NCBI GenBank assembly: GCA_034659055.1
Contig: JAYEGH010000091.1
Span: forward strand, 1-48,107
Direction of reading: 5' to 3'
DNA: 48,107 nucleotides
DNA from: Candidatus Caldatribacteriota bacterium
Lineage (GTDB): Bacteria > Atribacterota > Phoenicimicrobiia > Phoenicimicrobiales > Phoenicimicrobiaceae
Each line of letters starts with the position of its first letter. Within the stretch, counting starts at the first letter, position 1. Shown here piece by piece: positions 25,543 through 34,918 of the stretch. Made by a program: the position numbers and the translations under genes. The notes under the pieces are model-generated. The model searched no databases and had not been told where the DNA came from. It was given only the letters and a program-made list of their open reading frames with translations.

Positions 25543-28131
25543 TTAATTTTTTATAATCTCATATCTGGAACCTACTTCAGGTAGTTTAGTTACTTCAATC
25601 CTTACCGGGAAAGAATTTTTTAATGATTCCAGATGGGTAATAACTAATATTTTATCAAAATCATCCCTAATGGATTGGATAGCCTGCACTAAATTATCTA
25701 TGCCTTCTTCATCCTGAGTACCGAATCCCTCATCCATAACCAAAGTTCTCAATTTTGTCCCCGCTCTTCTGGTTAGTAGTTTGGACAAGGCGATTCTTAT
25801 TGCAAAATCTATACGAAAAGATTCTCCCCCGCTGTACATTTCGTAATCACGAATTCCTAACTCATCGCTTATCTTTATATCTAAAGTTTCCTTTATTCCA
25901 CCACTCTTTAAATCACGCAGAGACTCAATAGATATTTGAGTACCGTTATTAGTCAATTTTGCCAGCAAATTATTGGCCTCTTCTTCTATTTCCGGTAAAA
26001 CATTTTCAATAATCAAAGCCTGAATTCCATTCTTCCCAAAAGCCACAATCAGTTTCTCATAAATATTCTGTTCTTTTCTGCCTTTTTCCAATTCTTTGCC
26101 TATCACTTTCTTCTCTTTCTCTAATTTTAAGCACTGGTCAAGTTTGCTCTGATATCCTCCTCTTTCTCCTAAAATTTTTTCCTTTAAAATCTGGTCATTA
26201 TCCAATAATCGTGTTATCTCTATTAATTTTTCTTTCAATAAAGGGAGCCCTTTTGATTCTACCTTCATCTTATCTTTCTTTTTTTCTAAATCTTTTATAT
26301 TTAATTCTCTTCGTTGATAATTTTCTTTTAATTCGGATAGTTCTTCTCTTAAAGAATTAATCTTCTTCTCTGCCTCTTCTAATTTTACTTTTTCCAGAGG
26401 AGCATTACCCAACTTTTCAATCTCGCTATTTATTTGATGGTGTCTTGCTTCATCATAACCAATATTTTTAATTTGCTCTTCAAATTCTTTTAATCTTTTC
26501 TGTTCCTCTAAAGCATATCCCTTCTCTTGAATAGTCTTTTCTAATTTTTTAATCTCCTCCTGTAAATCAACTACCAATTTCTCTGCTTGTGTAGATTCTT
26601 TACATTCAAAATAAGCCTTACTTAAATTTTGCTGCAAGATATCTTTATCTCTCAATCCTTGTTTAGCCTCTTTCCATTTTTCTGCTAATTTATCTTTTTG
26701 TTTACTCGATTTTTCCGCCTCTTTTTTTAATTTCTTTATATCTTTGCGATATGAACTTATTTCCTTATTTATGCTATCCTCAATCTTTCTTTTTCTCTCT
26801 GCGTTTAATTTTGCTTCACATAAAGGGCATTCTCCTTCCGGATTCTCCCTTAATAGATATAGTTTTTCCTGATTATCTTTATTGCCTTTTTCTAGTCTTT
26901 CTATCTGACTTTTAATGTTGTTTATTTCTACACCAAGCTCACTACCTTTTTTACGAATTTCTTCACTCTGCTTTTCGAGTAACCTTATTCCCTTCATCTT
27001 TTTTTCAAATTCTGAAACCTTGGCACTGTTTTTTATACCCTGCTCGGCTTTCATCTTTAAATCTTTATATCTATCTTGCTTATTTCTAACTTTTACTTCT
27101 AAATCTACTCGTTCACTTTCTATTTTCCTTCCGGTAAGAATTTTTTTCTCTTCTATTTTCCTGATTTTTTGGAGCTTTTGGCTAAATTTATTGTTTTCTG
27201 TGTTAAATTTCTGATAATTTTTAAAATTAGCTAAAACTTTCTCCTTTTGGAGAATTATCTTTTCGTAATTGGTAATTTCTTTTTTTCTTAATGTAATTTG
27301 CTTTTGCTCTCGTACAATTTCTTGCCTTTGCTGTTCCATTCGGCTTTCCAATTCTGCGCATTGTTCGCCTTTATTTTTTAAGATACTTATATCTTCTTTT
27401 AATTTACTTGTTTTTATTTCTTCTGTCTTTATCTTCCGGGAAATTCCCTTATAACTTTCAGACAATTCTTTTATCTTTTCTTTATAAAAATCAAGATTGG
27501 TCATCTCCTGATAAATATATTCCAATCTGCTTTCTTTGGTCATTATAGAATTATTAATCTCCTTAAGATGAAATTTAGCTAAATCAGCCAATTCATCATA
27601 ACGGGAAAGGACCAAAATCTCAGATAATATTTCCTTTCTTTCCCGGGCACTCTTCTGGCTGAATTCATCTATCCGCCCTTGAAGAATAAAAGCAGAATTG
27701 ATAAAGGTTTGATAATCTATCCTTAAGGTCTTAATTATCTCTTCCTGTGTTTTTCGGATTGAAGAACAACTGAGTGAGACGTATTTGTCAGTTTTCCGGT
27801 TAAATACCTGAAATTCCAAACCGGAACGTGAATTTTTTTTTGCCAGAGAAAAGGTTCTTATGATTCGATACCTGTCTCCCTCCAGGTCAAATATAAATTC
27901 TACCTGCATATCTTTTTGCCCAATTCGAAGAAGACTGCTATCGGCTTTCTTTTCCCGACTTGATTTTCTCCCTTCTCCCCAGACTGCCCAGGTCAAGGCA
28001 TCCAGGAGAGCAGATTTGCCCTGCCCGTTATTTCCCGAAAGACAGGCTACATCAAATTGTTCGAAATCGAGAGGAGGGACATCCTCTCCATAACTTAAAA
28101 AATTTTTTAAAGTCAGCTTTATCGGTATCAA
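25543..28131 (-). CDS. sbcC: SbcC/Rad50-family ATPase
   Basis: 862 aa. Walker A GNNGQGKSA, a long coiled coil, central zinc hook CPLCEA, and C-terminal YSGGESFR and LVMDEGFG blocks. TTG start, with an in-frame TGA two codons upstream. Confidence 0.85.
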   Translation of the reverse strand: MIPIKLTLKNFLSYGEDVPPLDFEQFDVACLSGNNGQGKSALLDALTWAVWGEGRKSSREKKADSSLLRIGQKDMQVEFIFDLEGDRYRIIRTFSLAKKNSRSGLEFQVFNRKTDKYVSLSCSSIRKTQEEIIKTLRIDYQTFINSAFILQGRIDEFSQKSARERKEILSEILVLSRYDELADLAKFHLKEINNSIMTKESRLEYIYQEMTNLDFYKEKIKELSESYKGISRKIKTEEIKTSKLKEDISILKNKGEQCAELESRMEQQRQEIVREQKQITLRKKEITNYEKIILQKEKVLANFKNYQKFNTENNKFSQKLQKIRKIEEKKILTGRKIESERVDLEVKVRNKQDRYKDLKMKAEQGIKNSAKVSEFEKKMKGIRLLEKQSEEIRKKGSELGVEINNIKSQIERLEKGNKDNQEKLYLLRENPEGECPLCEAKLNAERKRKIEDSINKEISSYRKDIKKLKKEAEKSSKQKDKLAEKWKEAKQGLRDKDILQQNLSKAYFECKESTQAEKLVVDLQEEIKKLEKTIQEKGYALEEQKRLKEFEEQIKNIGYDEARHHQINSEIEKLGNAPLEKVKLEEAEKKINSLREELSELKENYQRRELNIKDLEKKKDKMKVESKGLPLLKEKLIEITRLLDNDQILKEKILGERGGYQSKLDQCLKLEKEKKVIGKELEKGRKEQNIYEKLIVAFGKNGIQALIIENVLPEIEEEANNLLAKLTNNGTQISIESLRDLKSGGIKETLDIKISDELGIRDYEMYSGGESFRIDFAIRIALSKLLTRRAGTKLRTLVMDEGFGTQDEEGIDNLVQAIQSIRDDFDKILVITHLESLKNSFPVRIEVTKLPEVGSRYEIIKN

Positions 28132-28210
28132 CTGTCAATCCTTTCCCTTTCTTCTTTTTTGCTCCAATTCCTATAATTATCAGAAATACAAACGATTAAG
28201 CAATTCCTCT

Positions 28211-28283
28211 GTCATTTGCAAATCCTGATTTATCAGGATAGGGAAATCTCATAACTTATGAGATTACTTTGTATCGCAATGAC
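28211..28283. repeat. Composite nested palindrome between sbcD and sbcC
   Basis: Outer arms are GTCATTTGC and GCAATGAC. Inner palindromes are ATCCTGAT-TT-ATCAGGAT (28222-28239) and AATCTCATAA-C-TTATGAGATT (28245-28265). Confidence 0.7.
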
Positions 28284-28343
28284 AAATTATTAGTGCAGTA
28301 TAAAAAATTCTAATTCATGAAAAATATAATCTCATTTATGCAT

Positions 28344-29573
28344 CTACGTATATTTTTTATCCTCTAATTCCTGTTCTAAATTTTGGGCATAGGTCCTTAA
28401 TTTATCAGCTATCGGAATTAAGTCACGCTTATTCTGAATATATTTATCCATGGCATCCAACATACCTAAATCCTCTGAAATCTCTGCTCTTTGTGATTTC
28501 TCTATTTTTTTTGTTTTTCTGCTAATAGCAGCTACTAAAAAGGCATCATCTAAAGCATTATTTATTTTTTTAAAATCTATCAATTCTTCTCTTTCCGCTA
28601 ATATAGTATAAAATACCCTCACTATCGCCCCGGATAAATCATATTTTTCAATTTCTTTTAAAATTGTTTTTGTCGGATTATGTTCTTCTTCAATAATGAT
28701 ATCGATGGTGATAAATCTTTTGGCAGGAACAGGGATGAACTCATAATTCGTTTTACTTTTTTCTATGGTTGCCATACAAAATCCTTTATCTTCCTTCTCT
28801 TCCCCAAAATTTATCCTTTCGATGCTTCCCGGATAAATTACCGGAGGATGATTTTGCGGATTTAAATCCTGAAATCTATGAATATGTCCCAAAGCTACAT
28901 AGTCAAACTCTTCCCGAGCTAATATCTCAGTGGAAAATACCGGATCTCTCCCTATTATGGCTGATCTTTCCGAACCGGAATAAACGGCATCTTTAGCAGC
29001 TAAATGGGCAGTGAAAATTGAAGGAATGTTGGGTTTCATCATTTTAGCATATTTAATGATTTTTTCACTTACTCGCTCCTGAATCTCTCCGGTAATTTCC
29101 TTATCGGTAAAATTCTTATATTCTTCTTTAGCAAGATACTGGCTCTTGGTCGGCCAGGGCAAAGCAAAGATTTGAACTGCTCCTGATTTCGTCTCTATAT
29201 TAAATAATTCCGGATCTGTTACTACTTTTACTCCGGGAATATTCAAGGTATTAAAGATTTCCAGTGAAGTTGCTTTTCCAAAAGATACAGGGTTATCGTG
29301 ATTTCCACTGACTAACACAATGGGGATTCGGGCATTGCTTAATCTATAAATTTGACGGGCAAATTCCCGCTGATGGGTAGGATTGGGAAAACTGTTTTTA
29401 TAGGCATCACCGGCAAATATTACTAAATCTACTTTTTCTTCTAAAGCAACATCAATAGCAAAACTAAAACACTTTATAAAATCCTGCAATCGGGTATGCA
29501 GTCCGGTGGAAGGATCTATCCGCCCGTAATTTTCCATACCTAAATGAATATCGGCTATATGAAGAAATTTCAT
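28344..29573 (-). CDS. sbcD: SbcD/Mre11-family nuclease
   Basis: Blocks MKFLHIADIHLG, GDAYK, SGNHD and GHIH. The ORF extends to a TTG at 29633, but the conserved N-terminus begins at the ATG at 29573. Confidence 0.85.
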   Translation of the reverse strand: MKFLHIADIHLGMENYGRIDPSTGLHTRLQDFIKCFSFAIDVALEEKVDLVIFAGDAYKNSFPNPTHQREFARQIYRLSNARIPIVLVSGNHDNPVSFGKATSLEIFNTLNIPGVKVVTDPELFNIETKSGAVQIFALPWPTKSQYLAKEEYKNFTDKEITGEIQERVSEKIIKYAKMMKPNIPSIFTAHLAAKDAVYSGSERSAIIGRDPVFSTEILAREEFDYVALGHIHRFQDLNPQNHPPVIYPGSIERINFGEEKEDKGFCMATIEKSKTNYEFIPVPAKRFITIDIIIEEEHNPTKTILKEIEKYDLSGAIVRVFYTILAEREELIDFKKINNALDDAFLVAAISRKTKKIEKSQRAEISEDLGMLDAMDKYIQNKRDLIPIADKLRTYAQNLEQELEDKKYT

Positions 29574-29684
29574 CCGGTTTTTACCTTTCACATTTATTTT
29601 GAATAGTCTCCTTAGCATTAAATGCAGATACAAAATCTAATGATTGAACGATTACCGATTGAATCAGTTAACCGGTTCTGGAAT

Positions 29685-29710
29685 GTAAAAATCCCACGGA
29701 CAAATCCGGG
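29685..29710 (-). terminator. Short bulged hairpin CCCGGA..TCCGTGGG plus U-run after the flavoprotein gene
   Basis: In minus sense reads CCCGGATTTGTCCGTGGGATTTTTAC, about 35 nt after the stop at 29746. Confidence 0.35.
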
Positions 29711-29745
29711 AAACCTTTTCCATTTCTTTAATTATAACATAAAAT

Positions 29746-31005
29746 TTAAGGTAATTTTGCTGCACTTTCTCCGGCGAGATATCCGGTACTCCAGCACTCC
29801 TGCAAGTTGTATCCTCCTGAAGGTCCGTCAAGGTCTAAAATTTCTCCGGCAAAATAAAGATTCTCAATCTTTCTTGAACCCATGGTATTTGGATTCACCT
29901 CTTTAAGGGAAACTCCTCCACCGGTTACTATCGACCATTTAAAACCCAACAATCCGGTGGGCGTTAATTCCAATTCTTTTAGCAGGTGCACTAATTTATT
30001 TCTTTCTTCCCAGGTCAGATGATCCACTTGTTTGTCCGGCTTTATTCCGGAAAGTTCAATAATTACTGGTATCATCGATAAGGGCAATAGTCCTATCAAT
30101 GAATTCTTAAACATTCTTCCTTTAAATTTTTGGAAATCCCGTTGAATTCTCTTGTCTAACTTTTTAAAATCCAGAGCTGGTTTTAAATCTAAAATTAATT
30201 TAATCGGACCATCCTTCAACAATCCTCCGATATGTTTGCTCATATCCATTACAATCGGCCCACTTACCCCGAAGTGAGTAAAAAGCATCTCCCCAAAACG
30301 TTCATCGCGTTTTTTGCCATGCTGAAACAATTGTAAAGATACATTTTTGAGCGATAATCCTTGTAATTCTTTTACCCATTTTTCAGTAATTTTCACCGGA
30401 TTAAGGGCGGGTTCAGGCTCAATGATGGTATGTCCGAAAATTCTTCCCCATACATATCCATCACCGGTCGAACCGGTTTGGGGATAGGATTTTCCTCCGG
30501 TACATAGAATAATTTTATGGGCACTTATTTTATTATTGCAAAGCATGATTTCAAATATTTTTTCATTATCATTATCCTGTTTAAGGTCAATTACTTTGGC
30601 GTTGCATAAAATATTAACTTTTCCCTCAGATAAATATTTTATAAGTATATCTAATATATCTTGTGCATTCCCCTTCTCGGGAAAAACTCTGTTACCGCGT
30701 TCGACTTTCCCTTTCAGGCCACGGGATTCAAAAAAATCAATCACCCCGGGAACACCAAATTTCCCTAAGGCTCCATAGAGAAAACGTCCATTTCTTCCAA
30801 ATCTTTCTGCAAATTTCCTTATATCAAATTCGTTATGGGTAAAATTACAGCGTCCCTTGCCGGTAATTAGCAATTTTTTTCCTAAAGTTTCGTTCTTTTC
30901 GATTAAAACAACCTTTGCTCCCGACTCTGCTGCCCGACCGGCAGCCATCATGCCTGCCGGTCCGCCCCCAATTACTGCTATATCAAATAAATTTTTATCC
31001 TTCAC
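29746..31005 (-). CDS. HI0933/BaiN-family FAD-dependent oxidoreductase
   Basis: 419 aa. Blocks DIAVIGGGPAGMMAAGRAAESG and LLITGKGRCNFTH typical of this family. Confidence 0.8.
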   Translation of the reverse strand: MKDKNLFDIAVIGGGPAGMMAAGRAAESGAKVVLIEKNETLGKKLLITGKGRCNFTHNEFDIRKFAERFGRNGRFLYGALGKFGVPGVIDFFESRGLKGKVERGNRVFPEKGNAQDILDILIKYLSEGKVNILCNAKVIDLKQDNDNEKIFEIMLCNNKISAHKIILCTGGKSYPQTGSTGDGYVWGRIFGHTIIEPEPALNPVKITEKWVKELQGLSLKNVSLQLFQHGKKRDERFGEMLFTHFGVSGPIVMDMSKHIGGLLKDGPIKLILDLKPALDFKKLDKRIQRDFQKFKGRMFKNSLIGLLPLSMIPVIIELSGIKPDKQVDHLTWEERNKLVHLLKELELTPTGLLGFKWSIVTGGGVSLKEVNPNTMGSRKIENLYFAGEILDLDGPSGGYNLQECWSTGYLAGESAAKLP

Positions 31006-31136
31006 CTATATCATCTCACTTTTAAAAACATTACGGAAAATATTTTTTATCGATCTCTTCTTTATTCTAAAACATTTTTATCTCAATCCCAAGTATTTTT
31101 TTATCATTTCATGTATAATATGTTTAATCATTTGGA

Positions 31137-33125
31137 ATGACAATGACCAGGATAAAAGTACAGGAGCATGAACCCTTTATGATTAACGTAAATAATGTCA
31201 GTATTGCATTTCCCGAAAAAACTCTATTTGAAAACTTGAATTGGCGGATTCCTCGGGGGAGTCGTGTTGGATTAGTAGGTAATAACGGCACCGGAAAAAC
31301 CACTCTATTCAGGATAATTGCCGGATTAATTCATCCGGATAAAGGAGAAGTAACCACACCTAAAAAGCAAAAGATCGGCTATCTGCCACAAGACATCATT
31401 GAACTTGGCAGCCATAAAAGCCTCCTTTTCTTTTTAAAAGAAAAATCGGGGATAGCAGAATTGGAAGATATATTAATCAAACAAGAAGAATATTTATCTT
31501 CAATTCCTTCTGATTCCTCTAAATATCAAGCTGCCTTTAAAAAGTATGAACAAGCAAGCCATCTTTTCGAAGTGAAATGCGGTTATACTTTTTCCGTTCA
31601 AGCTAAAAAAGTGCTCAAGGGATTGGGATTTCAGGAAAAGGATTTTTCGCGTAGTTGCAGCGAATTTTCCGGAGGATGGAAGATGCGGATAATTTTAGCA
31701 TCATTACTCCTCTCTTCTCCGGATATTCTTTTACTCGATGAACCGACTAATCATCTGGATACAGAAAGTCTGGAATGGCTGGAAAATTGGCTTATGAAAT
31801 ATAGCGGAACTATCATTACCGTCTCTCATGACCGATATTTTTTAGACAAATTGGTAACTCAGATTGCAGAGCTTGACCATCAAAAATTAACCATCTATAA
31901 AGGAAATTTCTCCTGGTATCTGAAAGACATGGTCAAAAGGCAGGAATTATTACAAAAACAGCTAAAAGATCAAAAATCAAAAATAGCAAAAACGGAACAT
32001 TTTATTGAAAGATTCCGTTATAAAAACACCAAAGCTGTTCAGGTGCAGAGCCGAATAAAAATGCTGGAAAAAATGGCTACTGTCAAAATCGAAAAAGCAG
32101 CGAAAAATATCCACATTCGTTTTCCCCAATGTCCACGAAGTGGTAACAGTGTTATCACAGCGGAAGACTTAGGCAAAGTCTACTTCGATAACCAGGTATT
32201 CAATCATTTAAATTTTACTTTACATCGTGGGGAAAAAGTTGCCCTGGTAGGGGTTAATGGTGCAGGAAAATCCACCCTTTCCCGATTAATCAATCAAAGA
32301 GAAGCTCCTTCAACCGGTAAAGTTTCTTTAGGATATAAAGTCAATATGGCCTTTTTCTCCCAGGAAAGTGCGCAAAACCTGAATTATAAGTATTCCATCT
32401 GGCAGGAAATATCTTCTGTCTCCAGTCCTATGACAGGAGAAGAAAGAAGAACTTTATTAGGGGCTTTTCTCTTCTCAGGAGATAGTATTTATAAACCGAT
32501 TAATGTACTCTCGGGTGGAGAAAAATCCAGAGTGACCCTGGCTAAAATTCTAATGCAGGAATCTAATTTCTTGATACTGGATGAACCTACCAATCATCTG
32601 GATATAGCGACAAAAGATCTATTTCAAAAGGCTCTATTAAAATACAAGGGAACCATTCTGATTGTTTCCCATGACCGTTACTTTCTGGACAATCTAATCA
32701 ACCGGGTAATCGAGATACGCGATGGACAAATGTATGACTATCCCGGAAATTATTCTTATTTTATAGAAAAACGAGCCCGGTTGTTAGCTGAAACCAATGA
32801 CGGATTATCTACGAAAAAAGCAGGGCAATCAAAACCAAAGGCAAAAATTTTAGATAAACAAAAAAAACGGAAAGAAGCAGAAAAAAGAAATCTTATCTAC
32901 CGACAAAACAAAGATATTCTGGATAAATTGAAATTAATCGAAGAAAAGATTAAAATCTTAGAAAAAAACAAAACTGATACAGAAAATAAACTATGCGACC
33001 CTGTTATCCTTAAGGATTCTAAAATGATAAAAAGTTTGATGATTGATTTAAAAAAATATAATCAGGAACTTAAAACCCTAACCAAAATCCGTGAGGAAAT
33101 TAATCTAAAAATTTCAACAATTTAA
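31137..33125 (+). CDS. ABC-F family ATPase (two ABC domains, Lys-rich coiled C-terminus)
   Basis: Walker A GNNGTGKTT and GVNGAGKST, signatures FSGGWKMR and LSGGEKSR. The start is ambiguous (31137, or 31179 at MINVNN). The only plus-strand gene. Confidence 0.85.
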   Translation: MTMTRIKVQEHEPFMINVNNVSIAFPEKTLFENLNWRIPRGSRVGLVGNNGTGKTTLFRIIAGLIHPDKGEVTTPKKQKIGYLPQDIIELGSHKSLLFFLKEKSGIAELEDILIKQEEYLSSIPSDSSKYQAAFKKYEQASHLFEVKCGYTFSVQAKKVLKGLGFQEKDFSRSCSEFSGGWKMRIILASLLLSSPDILLLDEPTNHLDTESLEWLENWLMKYSGTIITVSHDRYFLDKLVTQIAELDHQKLTIYKGNFSWYLKDMVKRQELLQKQLKDQKSKIAKTEHFIERFRYKNTKAVQVQSRIKMLEKMATVKIEKAAKNIHIRFPQCPRSGNSVITAEDLGKVYFDNQVFNHLNFTLHRGEKVALVGVNGAGKSTLSRLINQREAPSTGKVSLGYKVNMAFFSQESAQNLNYKYSIWQEISSVSSPMTGEERRTLLGAFLFSGDSIYKPINVLSGGEKSRVTLAKILMQESNFLILDEPTNHLDIATKDLFQKALLKYKGTILIVSHDRYFLDNLINRVIEIRDGQMYDYPGNYSYFIEKRARLLAETNDGLSTKKAGQSKPKAKILDKQKKRKEAEKRNLIYRQNKDILDKLKLIEEKIKILEKNKTDTENKLCDPVILKDSKMIKSLMIDLKKYNQELKTLTKIREEINLKISTI

Positions 33126-33131
33126 CAACTT

Positions 33132-34082
33132 TTAATCCAAATCTATTTCTTTTCCCTGGACTGTTAATTTCTTTTTGCTGATCCAGGAAAAACCTTTATT
33201 GAGAGTGATAATAGCCACATCCACCGGGCCGCCTACACCGGGCATATCTCCCGGATTAGCTATAATCCCATCAGAAAAACGCTGTATTGCCGAAGTAGTC
33301 TGTATCATTAAAGTACAAAAATCTATTGCATCCTGGAGGGTCATTGTCCCCCATTGAATAGCATACTGTAAACCCCTAAGTTGTTTTCTGATTTCTTCTT
33401 GCCCAAGATCCTTGGCTGCTTCATTAACAAACTTTAGATTGCTAATCCTCCCGTCAAATCCTAAAACAATTCTGGAAACTACATCAGTCTGACCTACCCA
33501 GCTTGCTCCATACTCTTTGCCTTTTTCTTTACTGTCTCGTTTTTTTTGAACCTCACCGGGAATACGGCAAGTATAAACTTCATAGGAACCATTCTTATTA
33601 AAACCTGCCACTAGAAGAGTTATTGTATCAATCCCGCCAATTCCATTTTTTAAATTTCCCTGCAAGTCTTTATATTGGAATTTAATCATATAATTTTCTT
33701 GTTTAACTTCTAAAACCTCAAAGCCCTGTCGCCTGAGATCTCTATCAATCTTTTCTACTGTATCATCTAATCGCTTCTGCCAATCATATTTTTTATCAAA
33801 AAGACTATGCAATCTGTCTGCAGCATCTCTTACATTTAATCTTTCTATATCGTTCTCTCTTTTAAACTGTTCGATAAATTTACTGACATTTTTCATCACT
33901 CCATCTTCCGGTAAAAAAGCCAGGCCGGTTACAATCACTCCAATTCTTTCGTTTAACTGAAAAAGTTTGGAAGCATTATCACTTCCGATTCGAGCCATCC
34001 CTTTTCGGTTACGATATGATTGCCGGCTGTCAGCAGCTAAAACAATTCCTTCCGGAGTTGTTGTATTTATTCCTAATGACAT
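33132..34082 (-). CDS. Divergent proteasome-beta/HslV-like Ntn-hydrolase-fold protein
   Basis: 316 aa. The N-terminus M-SLGINTTTPEGIVLAADSR aligns residue for residue with HslV/beta-subunit TTIV....G.V.AAD. ASKLFQL gives the Lys33 context, and GGPVDVAIITLNKG is the C-terminal strand. Contains large insertions. RBS AAGGGGGA. Confidence 0.6.
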   Translation of the reverse strand: MSLGINTTTPEGIVLAADSRQSYRNRKGMARIGSDNASKLFQLNERIGVIVTGLAFLPEDGVMKNVSKFIEQFKRENDIERLNVRDAADRLHSLFDKKYDWQKRLDDTVEKIDRDLRRQGFEVLEVKQENYMIKFQYKDLQGNLKNGIGGIDTITLLVAGFNKNGSYEVYTCRIPGEVQKKRDSKEKGKEYGASWVGQTDVVSRIVLGFDGRISNLKFVNEAAKDLGQEEIRKQLRGLQYAIQWGTMTLQDAIDFCTLMIQTTSAIQRFSDGIIANPGDMPGVGGPVDVAIITLNKGFSWISKKKLTVQGKEIDLD

Positions 34083-34309
34083 ATAATCCCCCTTGTTTTA
34101 AATTGTCTTTATTTTTTCCTTTAATAACTTTAATAATTTTTAATAATATTTCTTCTGTTTGCGGCCAGGCATCCATTTGTTTGTATATTTTAATGCTTTA
34201 TCAATTTTTTTAATCTCCCGGAAAAATTCTGAATACTCTACTCAGTTTTTATGACTATGATTTAATATTCAATAAAATCCTAAAAAATCCTCTTCTTTAA
34301 TAAATATTA

Positions 34310-34837
34310 TTAATTAATTTTTTTATCTGACTTAATAAATTGGTACAGAGAACCATCCCCTGTACCAGCAGTTAGACGATACACCACCCACTCATCCATA
34401 GATTTTGCACCCATATGTTCATAAAACTCTCGAGCTGGATTCCATTTTAAAACAGACCATTCCATTCTGACACATTTATCTTTTTTTGCAATACGAGCAC
34501 AATATTTAAATAAGGCTGTACCAACTCCTTGTCCCCGATATTTCTCAGAAACAAACACATCTTCTATATAAAGACCGGGCCTCCCCACAAAAGTTGAAAA
34601 ATTATAAAAGTATAAGGCATAACCGACAGGTTCTTTGTCAATTTCTGCAATGAGGACACGGGCATATGGTTTATCTCCAAAGAGTGTTTCCCGGAGAATA
34701 TCTTCAGTAGCAACTACTTCCTTAGACATTTTTTCATATATTGAAAGTTCCTTTATAAATTTAAGAATTAAAGGAATATCATCATAGGAAGCCTTTCGGA
34801 TTTTTAGATTATTTTCTTTGTCTTCAAATTTTTTCAT
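34310..34837 (-). CDS. GNAT family N-acetyltransferase (diamine acetyltransferase-like)
   Basis: Acetyl-CoA motif RGQGVGTALF. The ORF extends to a GTG at 34882, but the ATG at 34837 (MKKFEDKENNLKIRKAS) is more plausible. The last 18 codons run through palindromic repeat copy A. Confidence 0.75.
   Translation of the reverse strand: MKKFEDKENNLKIRKASYDDIPLILKFIKELSIYEKMSKEVVATEDILRETLFGDKPYARVLIAEIDKEPVGYALYFYNFSTFVGRPGLYIEDVFVSEKYRGQGVGTALFKYCARIAKKDKCVRMEWSVLKWNPAREFYEHMGAKSMDEWVVYRLTAGTGDGSLYQFIKSDKKIN
34341..34367. repeat. 27-nt palindromic repeat, copy A (TGGTACAGAGAACCATCCCCTGTACCA)
   Basis: 8-bp arms TGGTACAG/CTGTACCA with an 11-nt loop. Differs at one position from copies B and C. Lies inside the 3' end of the GNAT ORF. 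Confidence 0.85.
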
Positions 34838-34850
34838 AATTATTTTTCCT

Positions 34851-34866
34851 GCAGGTACATACCTGC
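34851..34866. repeat. 16-bp perfect palindrome GCAGGTACATACCTGC
   Basis: Lies 14 nt upstream of the GNAT ATG (34837), between the HD and GNAT genes. Could be an operator or an RBS-proximal hairpin. Confidence 0.6.
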
Positions 34867-34918
34867 CTGCGAGTTTCTGCACTTAGACAGGCATCGTGCC
34901 CGTACAATACGATTTTAC

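Noticed and set aside
1517-28343. Four intergenic gaps of nearly identical length (210-212 bp: 1517-1727, 10690-10900, 12866-13075, 28132-28343) as copies of one MITE
   Set aside because: Comparing the four sequences by eye shows no shared sequence beyond generic short palindromes. The equal length appears coincidental, and one gap is 235 bp if the ATG start is used.
25543-29573. The SMC-like ATPase plus Mre11-like nuclease as a phage-defence module (Lamassu or Wadjet-type)
   Set aside because: Gene order, sizes, the CxxC zinc hook and the MKFLHIADIHLG/GNHD/GHIH motifs are those of housekeeping SbcDC. No additional defence-type partners are present.
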